Shown: positions 25,993-37,408 of the stretch, in pieces
Position numbering within the stretch: position 1 is the first letter of the stretch
Layout: each line of letters begins with the position of its first letter
NCBI RefSeq assembly: GCF_018977255.1
Contig: NW_024704771.1
Location: forward strand, 3,720,001 to 3,784,000
Direction of reading: 5' to 3'
Source: Callorhinchus milii
Lineage: Eukaryota
Length of the DNA: 64,000 nucleotides
Program-made: the position numbers and the translations under genes
The notes under the pieces: model-generated
The model's database searches: none
Seen by the model: the letters and a program-made list of their open reading frames with translations, nothing else
Told to the model about the DNA's origin: nothing

Positions 25993-26104
25993 CAACTCGA
26001 CCCCACAATATGTTTATTTCCCTTCCCACGAAAAGCAGCTCATTAACTGGAGCCATGTGACGGCCCAGTGACCGCCCGTCGGCGCCTGAACACAATGGCT
26101 CCAT
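14898..26104 (-). CDS. CAMSAP: CAMSAP/Patronin family microtubule minus-end protein (coiled coils + CKK domain), paralog unresolved, apparently lacking the CH domain
   Basis: Phase-consistent exons: 26104(ATG)-26002, 25420-25253, 24413-23002 (MTSFAERR; [11 protein letters not shown]...[10 protein letters not shown]; [12 protein letters not shown]), 21898-21780 ([18 protein letters not shown]), 19858-19758, 18139-18091, 17352-17252, 16137-16019 ([28 protein letters not shown]), 15191-14898 ([13 protein letters not shown]...[10 protein letters not shown]...[18 protein letters not shown]; CKK). Together 2466 nt, about 821 aa. The 3' six exons are firm; the start and the two 5' exons are tentative. 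Minus-strand AATAAA at 13421-13416. Confidence 0.85.
15195..15430. repeat. 22-bp minisatellite next to the last CAMSAP acceptor
   Basis: Unit ACACAATCAGAGTAACACCAAC, about 9-10 copies, some degenerate. Confidence 0.9.
19300..19715 (-). mobile_element. HE1-like (shark V-SINE type) SINE
   Basis: Minus-strand tRNA head (GCTCAGTCGG...TCGGAAGGTTGTGGGTTCGAG), HE1-like core (GTGCCGTCATTCGGACGAGACG; GAAAAGAGAAGGGAGTT) and L2-type tail. Related pieces at about 9800-10090 and 53595-53710. Confidence 0.65.
20627..21330 (+). mobile_element. L2 3' fragment nested in an oppositely oriented L2
   Basis: [57 protein letters not shown] with a (TTG)n tail. Flanked by TGTGGG at 20621-20626 and 21331-21336. The host L2 (-) spans about 20300-21700. 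Confidence 0.85.
22733..22928. other. Assembly gap within a CAMSAP intron
   Basis: 196 N next to a (GT)n-rich tract; a small exon could be hidden here. Confidence 0.99.
23752..24021 (-). repeat. In-frame 18-bp coding repeat (15x [G/E]NSG[A/T/V]V) in the large CAMSAP exon
   Basis: 15 units of about GGGAATTCCGGGGCCGTC, bounded by GACGTTCCCAGAAC direct repeats at 23734-23747 and 24022-24035 (+ strand). Confidence 0.92.
24414..24670. repeat. (CAA/CAT)n trinucleotide microsatellite
   Basis: Imperfect CAA/CAT/CAG tract directly next to the 24413 acceptor. Confidence 0.9.
25475..25992. repeat. (CT)n-rich low-complexity tract
   Basis: CT/CG dinucleotide runs with internal duplications. Confidence 0.9.
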
Positions 26105-27076
26105 TCTTAAAATCCTCTCAAGTCGACGGCAACACGTCTCTGCTGACTGTCTCTGCTCTGGAAAGCGTTCAAAATGTATCGTCCCCCCCCCCCCCCCCCC
26201 CCCCCACCCACCCCGGCTTCCCCTGCTCTCCCAGCCCATCCCCCCCCCCAAGAGCGGAGAGACTCCGAGTTCCTCGAGTTGCGGAGTCCAGCAGCTCAGG
26301 GGTTAAAGCGCTCGCCTGGCGAGCGAGAAGACTCGGGGTTCGATTCCCGGGCGGGTCGGGTCGGGTCAGGGCGAAACCTCGGACAAGTTTCCTTACTCCA
26401 CACACACACACACCCACACACACACCCACACACACACACACACACCACACACACGCCTCTGTTTACCCGGCAGTTGTCAGTCGATGGGCAGATCGCTTTC
26501 CGGGGTAATTATCCCCCAAATAAAATCGGTCGCTCACTGTTTTTTGGGGTGTTGTGCGCAAACTGACTGCTGCGTTTCGCCCACAAAATACAAATTTAAT
26601 TCGCCTGACATATATTCTAAGACGCCTCAACAACGAGGCGATGTGTCAAAGCGTCATCATTGTTATCTGCTCCACCCTCCGGGACTCCATCCCGCAGTCC
26701 CTTCAACGTGGCTGTGGGATGGAGTTCCACCTCCCTCCCCCTCGACCCCTCCCTCGTCTCCTACAAGGACCATCTCGCAACCCTCCTCCTCGACCGCGCC
26801 TTCAGCCACCCTCCTACTCCCCACCTCCCCCGCCCTCCGCCCCTCCTAATCCCAACCCCCAGCTCGGGTCCAAATCCCTGTCCGTCCAGCGGCTTGGGAA
26901 GTCCCTTCGTGCCCTCGCACCTCTCTCTCTGATTTTCTTACGCCCCCGCTCCTAAAGACCTTCCTTTTTGATGGTGCTCGTGGTCACTTGCCCCCCACCA
27001 TCCTCCCTCCCTCCCTCCCTCCCTCCCCCCGGCTCGGGGTCAGACTCCATCACTGCAAAGCGCTCCAGGACACTAC

Positions 27077-27284
27077 CCTGAGTGAGGGACGCTGTGCAAA
27101 TGCAATGTCTCGTCGTCGTTGCTCCCGTTTCCAGTCGCCCACAGATTGGAAGCTGCTTCTTCTGACCTATCCCCAAGTTATTCAGACTCACCAGCCTCGA
27201 TCTCGGGGGTTTAGACCCTCTTCGTCCGCAGTCCCTGAATTAAAGGCTCCCGAGCAGTTCAGCTACAAACGCCAGGAAAATGAG
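27077..27284 (-). pseudogene. Degenerate CAMSAP CH-domain-end exon with in-frame stop
   Basis: Phase-0 acceptor followed by LIFLAFVAELLGSL*, in the same register as CAMSAP1 PNVMVFIAELF. TAA at 27242-27240; a PRD motif appears in a shifted frame. Candidate donors at 27191 and 27076. Confidence 0.5.
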
Positions 27285-27944
27285 CTGGAAATTGAGAGGC
27301 GTGAGGAATGTTAATGAGATACACCTGGTGACGTTCACCTCTGGAGTTTTTTCTGGCTTGCGAGCGACGAAAAACTAATCATAATAATAATAATCGTTGC
27401 GTTTGATCTCGCGCCTCATCACGTCATCGAGACCATCTCAAAGCGCTTCGCGCAGAATATATTTGAAAGGGAAACGCGGCAGCTGATCGCACGCGGAAGC
27501 TTTCCCACAAACGGTCATGGATTGGGCCAACAAATTGTTATTTAAAATAAAAAACATTTTTAGATGGGATTATGACCCCCCCAGAAAAGAGATCCTATCA
27601 ATTCACTAACAACCGGGTGTGTAACAACCGGGTGTGTAACAACCGGGTTCTACTTACTGCTCTGTGTGTGTGTGTGTGGTGTGTGTGTGCGTGTGCGTGG
27701 AGTAAGGAAATTTGCCTAAGGTTTCGCCCCGCCCGGGAATCGAGCCCAGGTCCTCTCGCTTGTGAGGCAAGCGCTCTAACTGATACGCCCCGGGACACAG
27801 AAATTTATTCCCTCCCCTCCCCCCACCCTTGTTTCTCAACTTTTCGTCTTCACCTCTTTATTCTACACATCTACAAACCCGAGTTAAGTCAAACACTTCA
27901 CAGCGTGAGGTGAAGCAAAGCAGCTTAAGCTCGCGTCAGTGTGT

Positions 27945-28470
27945 GTCAGCCCGGCTCGGTCTGTGGGTCGTCAGTGTGTGTCAGCCCGGCTCGGTCTGTG
28001 GGTCAGTCCGGCTCGGTCTGTGGGTCAGTCCGGCTCGGTCTGTGGGTCAGCCCGGCTCGGTCTGTGGGTCAGCCCGGCTCGGTCTGTGGGTCAGTCCGGC
28101 TCGGTCTGTGGGTCAGCCCGGCTCGGTCTGTGGGTCAGCCCGGCTCAGTCTGTGGGTCAGTCCGGCTCCGCCTGTGGGTCAGCCCGGCTCGGTCTGTGGG
28201 TCAGCCCGGCTCGGTCTGTGGGTCTGTGGGTCAGTCCGGCTCCGCCTGTGGGTCAGCCCGGCTCGGTCTGTGGGTCAGCCCGGCTCGGTCTGGGTCAGCC
28301 CGGCTCGGTCTGTGGGTCAGCCCGGCTCGGTCTGTGGGTCAGCCCGGCTCGGTCTGTGGGTCAGCCCGGCTCGGTCTGTGGGTCAGCCCGGCTCGGTCTG
28401 TGGGTCAGCCCGGCTCGGTCTGTGGGTCAGCCCGGCTCGGTCTGTGGGTCAGTCCGGCTCAGTCTGTGGG
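27945..28470. repeat. 22-bp minisatellite (about 23 copies)
   Basis: Unit TCAGCCCGGCTCGGTCTGTGGG, head-to-tail with no spacers. Confidence 0.92.
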
Positions 28471-28619
28471 ACACTGCTATTTGCAATTAGCTGTCATATG
28501 TTGCCCACAAAATACACAGTCACTGCACTTGAATAATAATAAGTCTTGCGTTTGATACAGAGCCTTATCATGTCATTGACGTGTCTGAAAACTCTTCGCA
28601 AGAAACAATGTAAAGTGAA

Positions 28620-29265
28620 TTGACTAAGGAACAAAGAGGAGGTGTTCTCTTCGACCCTGAGCTGTCCTTTCTTCCCCACGTCCGCGCCACAACTGGCACC
28701 GCCTTCCACCACCTCCGGAATATCGCCAGACTGCGGCACTACCTCACCCCTCACGCGGCTGAAACTCTGGTCCACGCCTTTATCACCTCAAGGCTGGACT
28801 GTGGGAACTCTCTCCTCGTCGGCCTTCCCTCCACCTCCCTCCACACTGCAGGTCATTCAGAGCTCTGCAGCTCGTGTACTATCCCGCACTAGTCTTCGCG
28901 ACCACATCTGGCTCCGGTCTGCTCCACATCCCCCGCCCCAACCGCCCTACCATCGGCGACCGGGCCTTCAGCCTCTCAGCCCCGAGGCTCTGGAACTCCA
29001 TCCCCAGTGGCTTCGCCGCTTCCTCCCTTTCCTCCTACAAGGCCGGTCTCAAGACCTTTCTCTTTGACCTTCAGCCTTCAGCTCCCCTCTCGACTCTCTA
29101 TCCCCTCCTCGCTCCCTCCCTTCCCTCCCCTCACTCTGACCATTTCCCCCTCCTCGCTCCCTCCCCTCCCCTGACCATTTCCCCACTGCTCGGGTCCCGA
29201 CCCAACTGTGCAGCGCCTCGGGACGTCCTCCCGACGTGAAAGGCGCTCTATAAATGAAATCTTGG

Positions 29266-29295
<30 letters not shown>
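28620..29295 (+). mobile_element. L2 fragment with (TTG)n tail
   Basis: ORF HLRNIARLRHYLTPHAAETLVHAFITSRLDCGNSLLVGLP. Confidence 0.85.
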
Positions 29296-29296
<1 letters not shown>

Positions 29297-30775
29297 ATGC
29301 TGAAATACTGAGTCACAGATAACATCAAATCCCAGTAGATCTGAGACTCAGCATCTGAGTTATTGTCACAGTCTGTTATTGTCAGCGAGAGCAACAAAGC
29401 TTAGGTGAAGAGTGTAGGAGATAAGAGCTTACAAAGGGCATGTTCTTAATTTTTCTTTCTTTCCTCCGTCCCTCCCTCCCTCCCTCCTTCACTCGAATCC
29501 TCTCTCCGGAATGCAATTACTTGCGCTGGGGAAAGTTCATGAGATCACAGATTGGTTTGGATGATTAGGCCCCTCTTGTGGGTTTAACCCTGAAAGCGAA
29601 GGCCTTAACGGGAAGGTTGGTCCTCGCTGGACAAGCGGATTGGGAGGAGTGGGGGGGGGGGGGGGAACATGCAGCAGGCCAAGTCGGGATCAGGAGGGTT
29701 AGGGTGTTAGGGTGAAGGGTAGGATGACCAAAGGCGCGGTCAAATAGGAGGATCTTGAGACCGACCTTGAAGGAAGCGAGGGAGGGATCAGGCGAAGGGA
29801 CTGTGGGATGGAGTTCCAAAGGGTGGGGGCAGAGAGGGTGAAGGTCTGACCGCCGATGGTGGGGCGGACCGGGCGGGGGAATGTGGAACAGGCCGGAGCC
29901 CGCCGAGTGGAGGGAGCGGACCGGTTGACATGGGGTCCGCAGGGCACAGAGGTAGGGAGGGGGTCAGGCCGTGGAGGGATTTGGGGGTGAGGACGAGGAT
30001 TTTGAAGTCTTATCCTCTGGGGGGGATGGGGAGCCAGTGGAGTCGGGCCAGGGTGCGGGTGATGGGGTCAGGGAGCCTGGTGCGGGAGAGGACACGAGCT
30101 CCGGCTCGGAAATCATTGCCTTTTCAACGTGAAGCAAAAATGTGTCGTCGTTTCCCGGCGAATGGCTCGTCTCAACAAGCGGGGCAAATGCACCTACCAT
30201 TACGCAGTCACTACGCCTTACAGCGAAACCCCGGGAAGCGCTCCGCAACACTTCCGCAAGATTGAGGGTCGCCGTGCGCTGTGCGCAATTGGCTGCTGCG
30301 TTTCGCCCACAGAATGCACCGGTCACCTACACTTCACAGTGTATTCTGTGAACCCCTTCGAGACGTCTGAACGACGTGACAAAGCGCTTTATCGAACGTC
30401 CGTTTCAGTACGCGTGCGATGCCTCTTTGCGCCTCTCCCCCTTCCCCAAAACATTAAAATAAATTAATATTAATAATAATCCTTGCATTTGACATGGCGC
30501 CTTATCGCGTCTTTGAGACGTCTCAAAGCGTTTCACGGGATACACTGCAAACTGTATAGTTTGGGGGCAAAATGGGGCGGTGTTAAAATTATTATTATTA
30601 TTAAAATGTAAGGATTATTATGACCGTTATTATTCTTTATTTAAGCATAAGCCATTGCTGAGATCTCTCTCTCTCTCTCTCTCTCTCTTACCTGAACCAA
30701 AAATCTTGAGCTGAAGCCGAGTCAGAGTTGAGTTTAACACGAATCAACATCGTTCTCTCTCAGGCGTAAGAATCA

Positions 30776-30809
<34 letters not shown>

Positions 30810-31291
30810 GCTCTCTCCTTTCTCGAGGTGTCTTACCCTCCGGCGAAACAGCCCGTCTCCCGTCCCACGCGCATCCAGCCCCGACAGCCTTTGCCCCCAA
30901 ACAAACTCAATAGAAAAAAAAGTTCCACCAACTACTCAAAAACTTTGAACGTCTGGTAACAAGGAAGTCCCTCCTCTCGGGGTCGGGCTGGGTTGGCTGA
31001 TGCCTCAATGGGGCTTCAGTTACTTTATTGCTGGATCCGCATGTCATTCCCTTCAATCGGAAAACGCCCACAAACTGGCCCTTGTGCAGTTCAGTCCACA
31101 AACCCCTCTCGCTCTCCCCCCCCCCACCACCCCAAACCGTCAACCTCTTATTTAATATTTCATTATTAAGAGCATTTTCCAACTTGGATCTTTAACACGA
31201 AACCGATCGGGTGTCTCTTTCTTTTCTGTCCCAAATGGATCTCGCTGCTCCGCGGGCGTCTAACGTTAAGGTTATTAATAATGATGATTTG

Positions 31292-31629
31292 TGGCGCCCT
31301 ACAGCGCAGTGGTTAGTGCTCTCACCTCGCAAGGGAGAGGACCCGTAGGCAATCTTTCTTTCTCCGCACGCCTCCGTTTACCAGCAGTGAGTAGGGACCC
31401 GGTTGTTAAGTCGATTGGCGGATCACTTTCTGAGGGTAATAATCCCTTAAAAAGTAATATTAATAACTTGGCCGCTCAATCCACGCCGCTGTGCGCAATT
31501 GGCTGCCGCGTTCGCCCACAAGAATACAGTCAATTCACTTTACAGTGTGTTCTGTGAAGCGCTTTGGGACGTCCTCCCGACGTGAAAAGCGCTATATCAA
31601 ATGCAAAGATTATTATTATTATTATTATT
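31292..31629 (+). mobile_element. tRNA-derived SINE
   Basis: Degenerate tRNA head, core and TGTGAAGCGCTTTGGGACGTCC...(ATT)n tail. Confidence 0.8.
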
Positions 31630-33756
31630 CTGTGAAGGGCTTTGAGACGTCTCGATGACACGATCAGCAGCCGAATCAAATGCGAGGATTAATACAAAAT
31701 GACAACAGCCGCTCAGTATTCGCTGCCAGTGCAGTGAGTCAGGAAACAGATACAACGGCATCCTCTAGCCCCCCCCCCCCCCCCCCCCCCGGGAGGGAAA
31801 AGGATTTGCCCCCTCATCGCCCGTTGAAATGGTTCAAATGTTTCGTGAGTAAATTACTGTGAAGTGTAGCCACTGTTTTTGTAGCCGAAGGCAGCAGATA
31901 TTTTCACCTGCGTTGTCCTTATCACCGCCACTCCACACGCGCACACGAAGGGGGAAAGGCTGAATTTATCTGGAAAGGAAAGTGAGTCAACGTTTTGGGT
32001 CCACGACCCTTCATCAGATTAAAATGAAACCCAAACAGACGGCAGTTCAGGCAAGTTTCCTTACTCCACACACACTACCGAGAAGTAAGTCCCGGTTGTT
32101 AGTCGATTGGCGGATCGATTTCCGTGGGTCCCTTCCAAAATAAATAATAATTTGGTCACTCCGCTCCACGACTGTTTGTGGGGCGCTGTTGTGTGCAGTT
32201 GGCTGCGGCATTTCGGCCAAAAATATACCACACTTTACAGCTGTTAAGCAGCTTGAGCGGAAAATCTCAGCAAAAAAAGTTTGTTAGTTGCCGGGGCAAC
32301 AAAATATTTAGCGCGAACGGGAGTTTCAGAGAAAGTATGGCTTTTGTCGAATCCTTAATAGGGGAAAACAGGCGCCAGTTAAAAACAATCTCCCGGGTGC
32401 GTATATGATCTGGAGACGGAAAATCGTTCAGGTTTTCCTGACACCTGCCCCATGTCCTGTTGTTTCAGGAAAATAATAATAATCCTTGCATTTGATTATG
32501 GCGCCTTAGCGCATCGTCGAGACGTCTCGGTAATAATTTGGTATCCAGAATACACTGTGACGTGGATTGACTGTGCATTTTGTGGGCAAAACGCAGCACA
32601 GTTGTGCACAGCAGCGTCCCACGAGCAATTGCGAACTGAGTGACTAATTTTTTTTAAAATTATCATCCTCGGAAAGCGATCCGCCAATCGACTAACTCCT
32701 GCTATGCGGATGAAGGAAACTTGCCTAAGGCTTCACCACCCCCCCAACCCCACCAGGAATTGAACCAAGGTCCTCTCGCTTGTGAGGTAGCGTGTACTAA
32801 CCACAGGGCCTCCACAATTCAGGGGGACAGGTCTGCTCCTCATTGCCATGAGTTCTGCTGGTGCCTTCACCCACTAAACCACTGAGCCTGGCTCAGGGTA
32901 TCTGAACGACAGACCAGCAGATCTCACCTGAACCCACAAATTACATTGACGCAATGGCTTTCCCTTTGGGAGGTCGTCCCCAAGCGCTGCAGCTGGAGGT
33001 TGGGATGGAGGGCAGGTTTAAGTTGGGGCGACCAAAGGCGCGGTCGAAGAGGAGGAGGATCTTAAGAAGGGCCTTGAAAAGAGGCAGGGAGGGAGCGAGG
33101 CGAAGGGACTGTGGGATAATGTTCCAAAGACTGAAGGCCTGACCGCTGATGGTGGTCCAGGCTGGGCCGGGAGGATGTGGAGCAGCGTGCCCCCACTCTC
33201 TCCGCTCGGTGGGCTCCAGCCTGCTGCTTGTCAGCGTGGATCCGCACACCGAACAAACAAGTCACGTAAACCACAGGAGGCTCCGGTAATGAAAACTGCT
33301 CAATAACTTTAATAATTTCTGAGTGCGGTGAGAGGAAACTGAATAAAACTCGAGACGCTGAGAAGCCAGTCACGTTCCCTACTCGAGCCCCACCACCTTT
33401 CCCCAACCCCCCCCCCCCCCCACCACCAAACCACCCCACCCCCCTCAAGTACAGTGCAGGACAGCTGTGAGCAAAGCTGCTTCATACAAATCTCGTGTTA
33501 AAAGGTGGATCTTAAATAAACTGTAAAAAAAAAACAAGAGACTCCTCTCGGAAGTCGCTTTTAAGATTCAGAACATAAAGGGTTAAACGGTGCAGTCTGG
33601 AGTGGGTGCTCTGTCAATGAGATGGGGGCGGGGGGGCGCGAGTGCTCACTGTTTTACCCCCCCCCCACTCTCACACCCCCGCCCACTCTCCCTCCCTCCT
33701 TCTCGGGATTTATTAATGGAACGAGAGACTACAGACAGAGGAGAGATGGAGAGGCA

Positions 33757-36700
33757 TCATGCTTTGATGGGGGCCTTGTTCTGTACTTTCTGGAAGTCCT
33801 GCTGTAGTTTGGCGAGGGTCTCTCTGTGTTGCTCGGACTTCTTCTCTAGGTCTTTCATCTGGGTCTCGTATCGCTTTCTGCAGGAGACGGGAAGTGTGAG
33901 AAAGAACGTAACATCATAATAATCCCTGCATTCGAGACACTGGATAGGGGATTGACTGTATATTTGTGGGCGAAACGCGGCAGCCAATTGCGCACGGCAG
34001 AGTCCCACAAACAGTCGCGGATTGAAGTGACCAAATTATTATTATTATTTTTTTGAAGGATTATTATCCCCGATGAAGTGATCCGCCAATCGACTAACAA
34101 GCGGGTTCCTACTTGCTGCTGGGTAAGCAGAGGCGTGTGGAGTAAGGAAAGTTGCCCAACATTTTGCCCTGACGGGAATCGAACCCCAGGTGTCTCGCTT
34201 GCGAGGCGAGTGCTCCAAAACACTGAGCTACAGGATTCCTTAAAAATTTGCTGGACGAAAGACCAAGGTCCATTTAGTTCGCCTTCCCTCATCCCAGCAG
34301 TTGCATGACATCAACGGATATGGGGCAAATGTGGGTAAAATGGAGTTGAGGTACAGATCAGCGATGAATGGTGGAACAGGCTCGAGGGGCCGAATGGCCT
34401 CCTCCTGTGATTCGAGGACCCACAGACTTGGGGGCTGGTGGGGGTGGTGGGGGGTATGTGAAGTGTGACTCACATCTCTCCGTTGATGTAATCCAATCGC
34501 TTTGTGACGGTGGACTTCGCCTCTTCTAGATCCTGTTTGACAAGGACTGGGCCAATCAGCTTGAAGACGGTGTTCGATGACTCCAACAGGTTCAACTCCT
34601 GAGGGAGGGAGGGAGGGAGGGAGTGAGGGGGAAACGGAGAGAGGGAGAGAGAGAGAAAAAAAAGACAGAAAGCACAGGTACAGAGAAATCAACACAGAGC
34701 TGACGGCAGGATCAACTTCAGGGCCTTCACTCCCCAGCACCTCCCTACATACCCCATCCTCCGCCCACCTCAATCCCTCCACCTGGTCCCCTCTTTATCC
34801 ATCTTTAAATCCGAGTGACCGACAGTGTCCTGGCCAACGATCCCCCCCAAATAAAATCGGTCACTCGTTTCACGGCTGTTTGTGAGACGCTGCTGTGCGC
34901 AATTGTCCTGCCGTGTTCGCCTACAAATACAGTCACTGTGTTCAAAGCAATTCCCGTTGAGATGTTCTTCCTTCCACTTGACGCCTTATTGCGTCGTTGA
35001 GGCGTCTCAAAGCGCTTCACGGAATGTATTATAAAGTGGAATGACCGTTAGATCGCAGCAGCCAATTACGCGCAGCAGTGAACCGCACAGTCGTGGACTG
35101 AGTGTGACCACATTTTTTTTAAAAGGGAAAGTGATCCGCCAATCGACTGACAACCGGGTTCCTACGTATCACCAGGTAAACGGAGGCGCGTGGAGGATGG
35201 AAACTTGCCGAAGGTTTCGCCCTCTCCGAGAATCGAACCCGGGTCCTCTCACTTGCAACACGAGAGCGCTAACCGCTACGCAAAGGTTATTATTATTAGT
35301 TTTCTGAAACAATAGGGACATGGGACAGGTGTCAGGAAAACCTAAGTGATTTTCCTGTATCCGGAATACATATACGTCTGTTTTCCTATATTAAGAATTG
35401 GACAAACGCCATGACATCTCCCTTCACACTAAACGTTTTGTTGCCCTGGCAACTAACAAACTTTTTTTGCTGAGATTTTCTGCTCAAAGCGCTTAACAGA
35501 ATACACTGTAAAGTGAATTGACTGTATACTTTGTGGGCAAAACGCAGCAGCCAATTGCATGGATTGAGTGACCAATTTTTTTGGGGGGGGAAAGTGAAAT
35601 TGCTTTCCGGAGGAGGCAATAATCCTTTCAAAAAAAAAATAATAACTTGGTCACTCACTCCACGATTGCTTGCGAGACATTTGCTGCTGCGTTTCGCCGA
35701 CAAAATACACAGTCACTACACTTCACAGTATATTCTATCAAGTGCTTTGAAATGTCTTGATAAGGCACTATATCATCCGCTAATTCACTAATAACTGTGT
35801 TCCTACTTACTGCTGGGTAAACAGAGTGCGGAGTAAGGAAACTTGCCTAGAGTTTCGCCCTGCCCTGCCCAGGAGTCGAACCCTCATCCTCCCGCTTGCG
35901 AGGCGAGAGCACTAGACCCTACGCTACGGGACTCGATATATCAAATGCAAGGATAATTATTGTTACAGAAATCATCGTTGGGAGCCTTACCTCTTTAACT
36001 ATTGTATTTTCAGTCACCTGCGCTTCCAGCTTCTGTCTCGCCGAGAGACATTTGCTGAGATCTGCGAGAGGAAAGGACAGTGTTAAATAAGTACCAGACG
36101 TGATACGGATGTGAAACAATATATATATATATTCCTGTTTGACCTTGATTCCTAATTCTTCAAATTCAGGCATTTCAAATAAAATCCTGGAAAATTTGAC
36201 AGTGATTTTATTTGAAACCTTCGCGATTCATGGCAGTCACTTTTTTTTTTCCTAACTCAAATATGTTGCTGAGGGAGAGGGGCAGGGAAGTCTACATGGA
36301 GTTGAAGTGCTTCCTAAGGTGACTGGCAACAGCATGTGTGGATCAAGCCAGCCCTCTGCGACAGTGTCTAGTCTGGTTCCTGAGCCAGTATGCCAGGACA
36401 CTGTTGATGACGGCACGGCCGGGCCTGGCTCATCGGCAGCGCCTGCGAGGGCAGACCGGTCCCTGGGGGCCGGGAATCCTCCGACTCAGCTCCTGTTAAC
36501 ATTGCAGCCAAAGCCCTGACAGGTAGGGTGGTCCCAGCTGGACAAGCAGCGGGAAAGCTTGCCAGACAGTGATATCAATGGCAAGCTATGTGGTTTTAGC
36601 TGGTTAGTCTCCAGCAGTTACGCCAACTCTGGGGTCCCCAAGCCTTGGCTCTTGCCAACCTGCGCCTAATGCTCTCCAGAATTACGTCAGTTGGGTGCCT

Positions 36701-37374
36701 CCCTCCAGGGAGTGTGTGCACATTCTATTCCAAAAATCTATCTCTGGGATTTTCACATGTTGGTGGGATGGATACATGGAAATCTCAGCTTGTTTTGGAG
36801 ACTTTTAAACACGTGCGTCAGACACCCGGCTGACCAAAAAACAGAGAGATCTTGCAACTGCTCCGTATCTCCAGCAGTTTCTGATCACAATCATGTCATG
36901 CAATGAGCTATGATACCCGGAAATGTTTACAGGGCAGTGGTTTAACCTGGGGTTTGGGTTATAAACTGATCTTTGTGTACTAGTGACTCTAGAAACATGT
37001 GAACAGGAGGAGGCCATTCAGCTCCTCGAGCCTGTTCCGCTATTCTTTTAGATCATGGCTGATCTGTACCTCAACACCAAATACCTACCTTTACCCTACA
37101 TCGCTTGGTAATCTGACCTAACAAACATCTCTCTCCCTCAGTCTTGAAAGTGTGAATGGATCCAACCATAATCCACAGCCTTTTGGGGGAAGAGAGTTCT
37201 AGATTTCCACTACCATTTGGGTGAAAAACTGCCTCCTGATTTCACTCGTAAATGGCTTAGTTCTAATTTTAAGATAATGTCTCTTTCCTCTGGATTCTTC
37301 CCACTGACCAGAGGAAATAGTTTCTCTGTATCTACCCTATCAAATCCCTGTATCATTTTAAACACTTCAATTAG

Positions 37375-37408
<34 letters not shown>

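Noticed and set aside
27945-28470. CRISPR-like arrays here and at 15195, 12881 and 39044
   Set aside because: Head-to-tail repeats without unique spacers in vertebrate DNA, with no cas genes.
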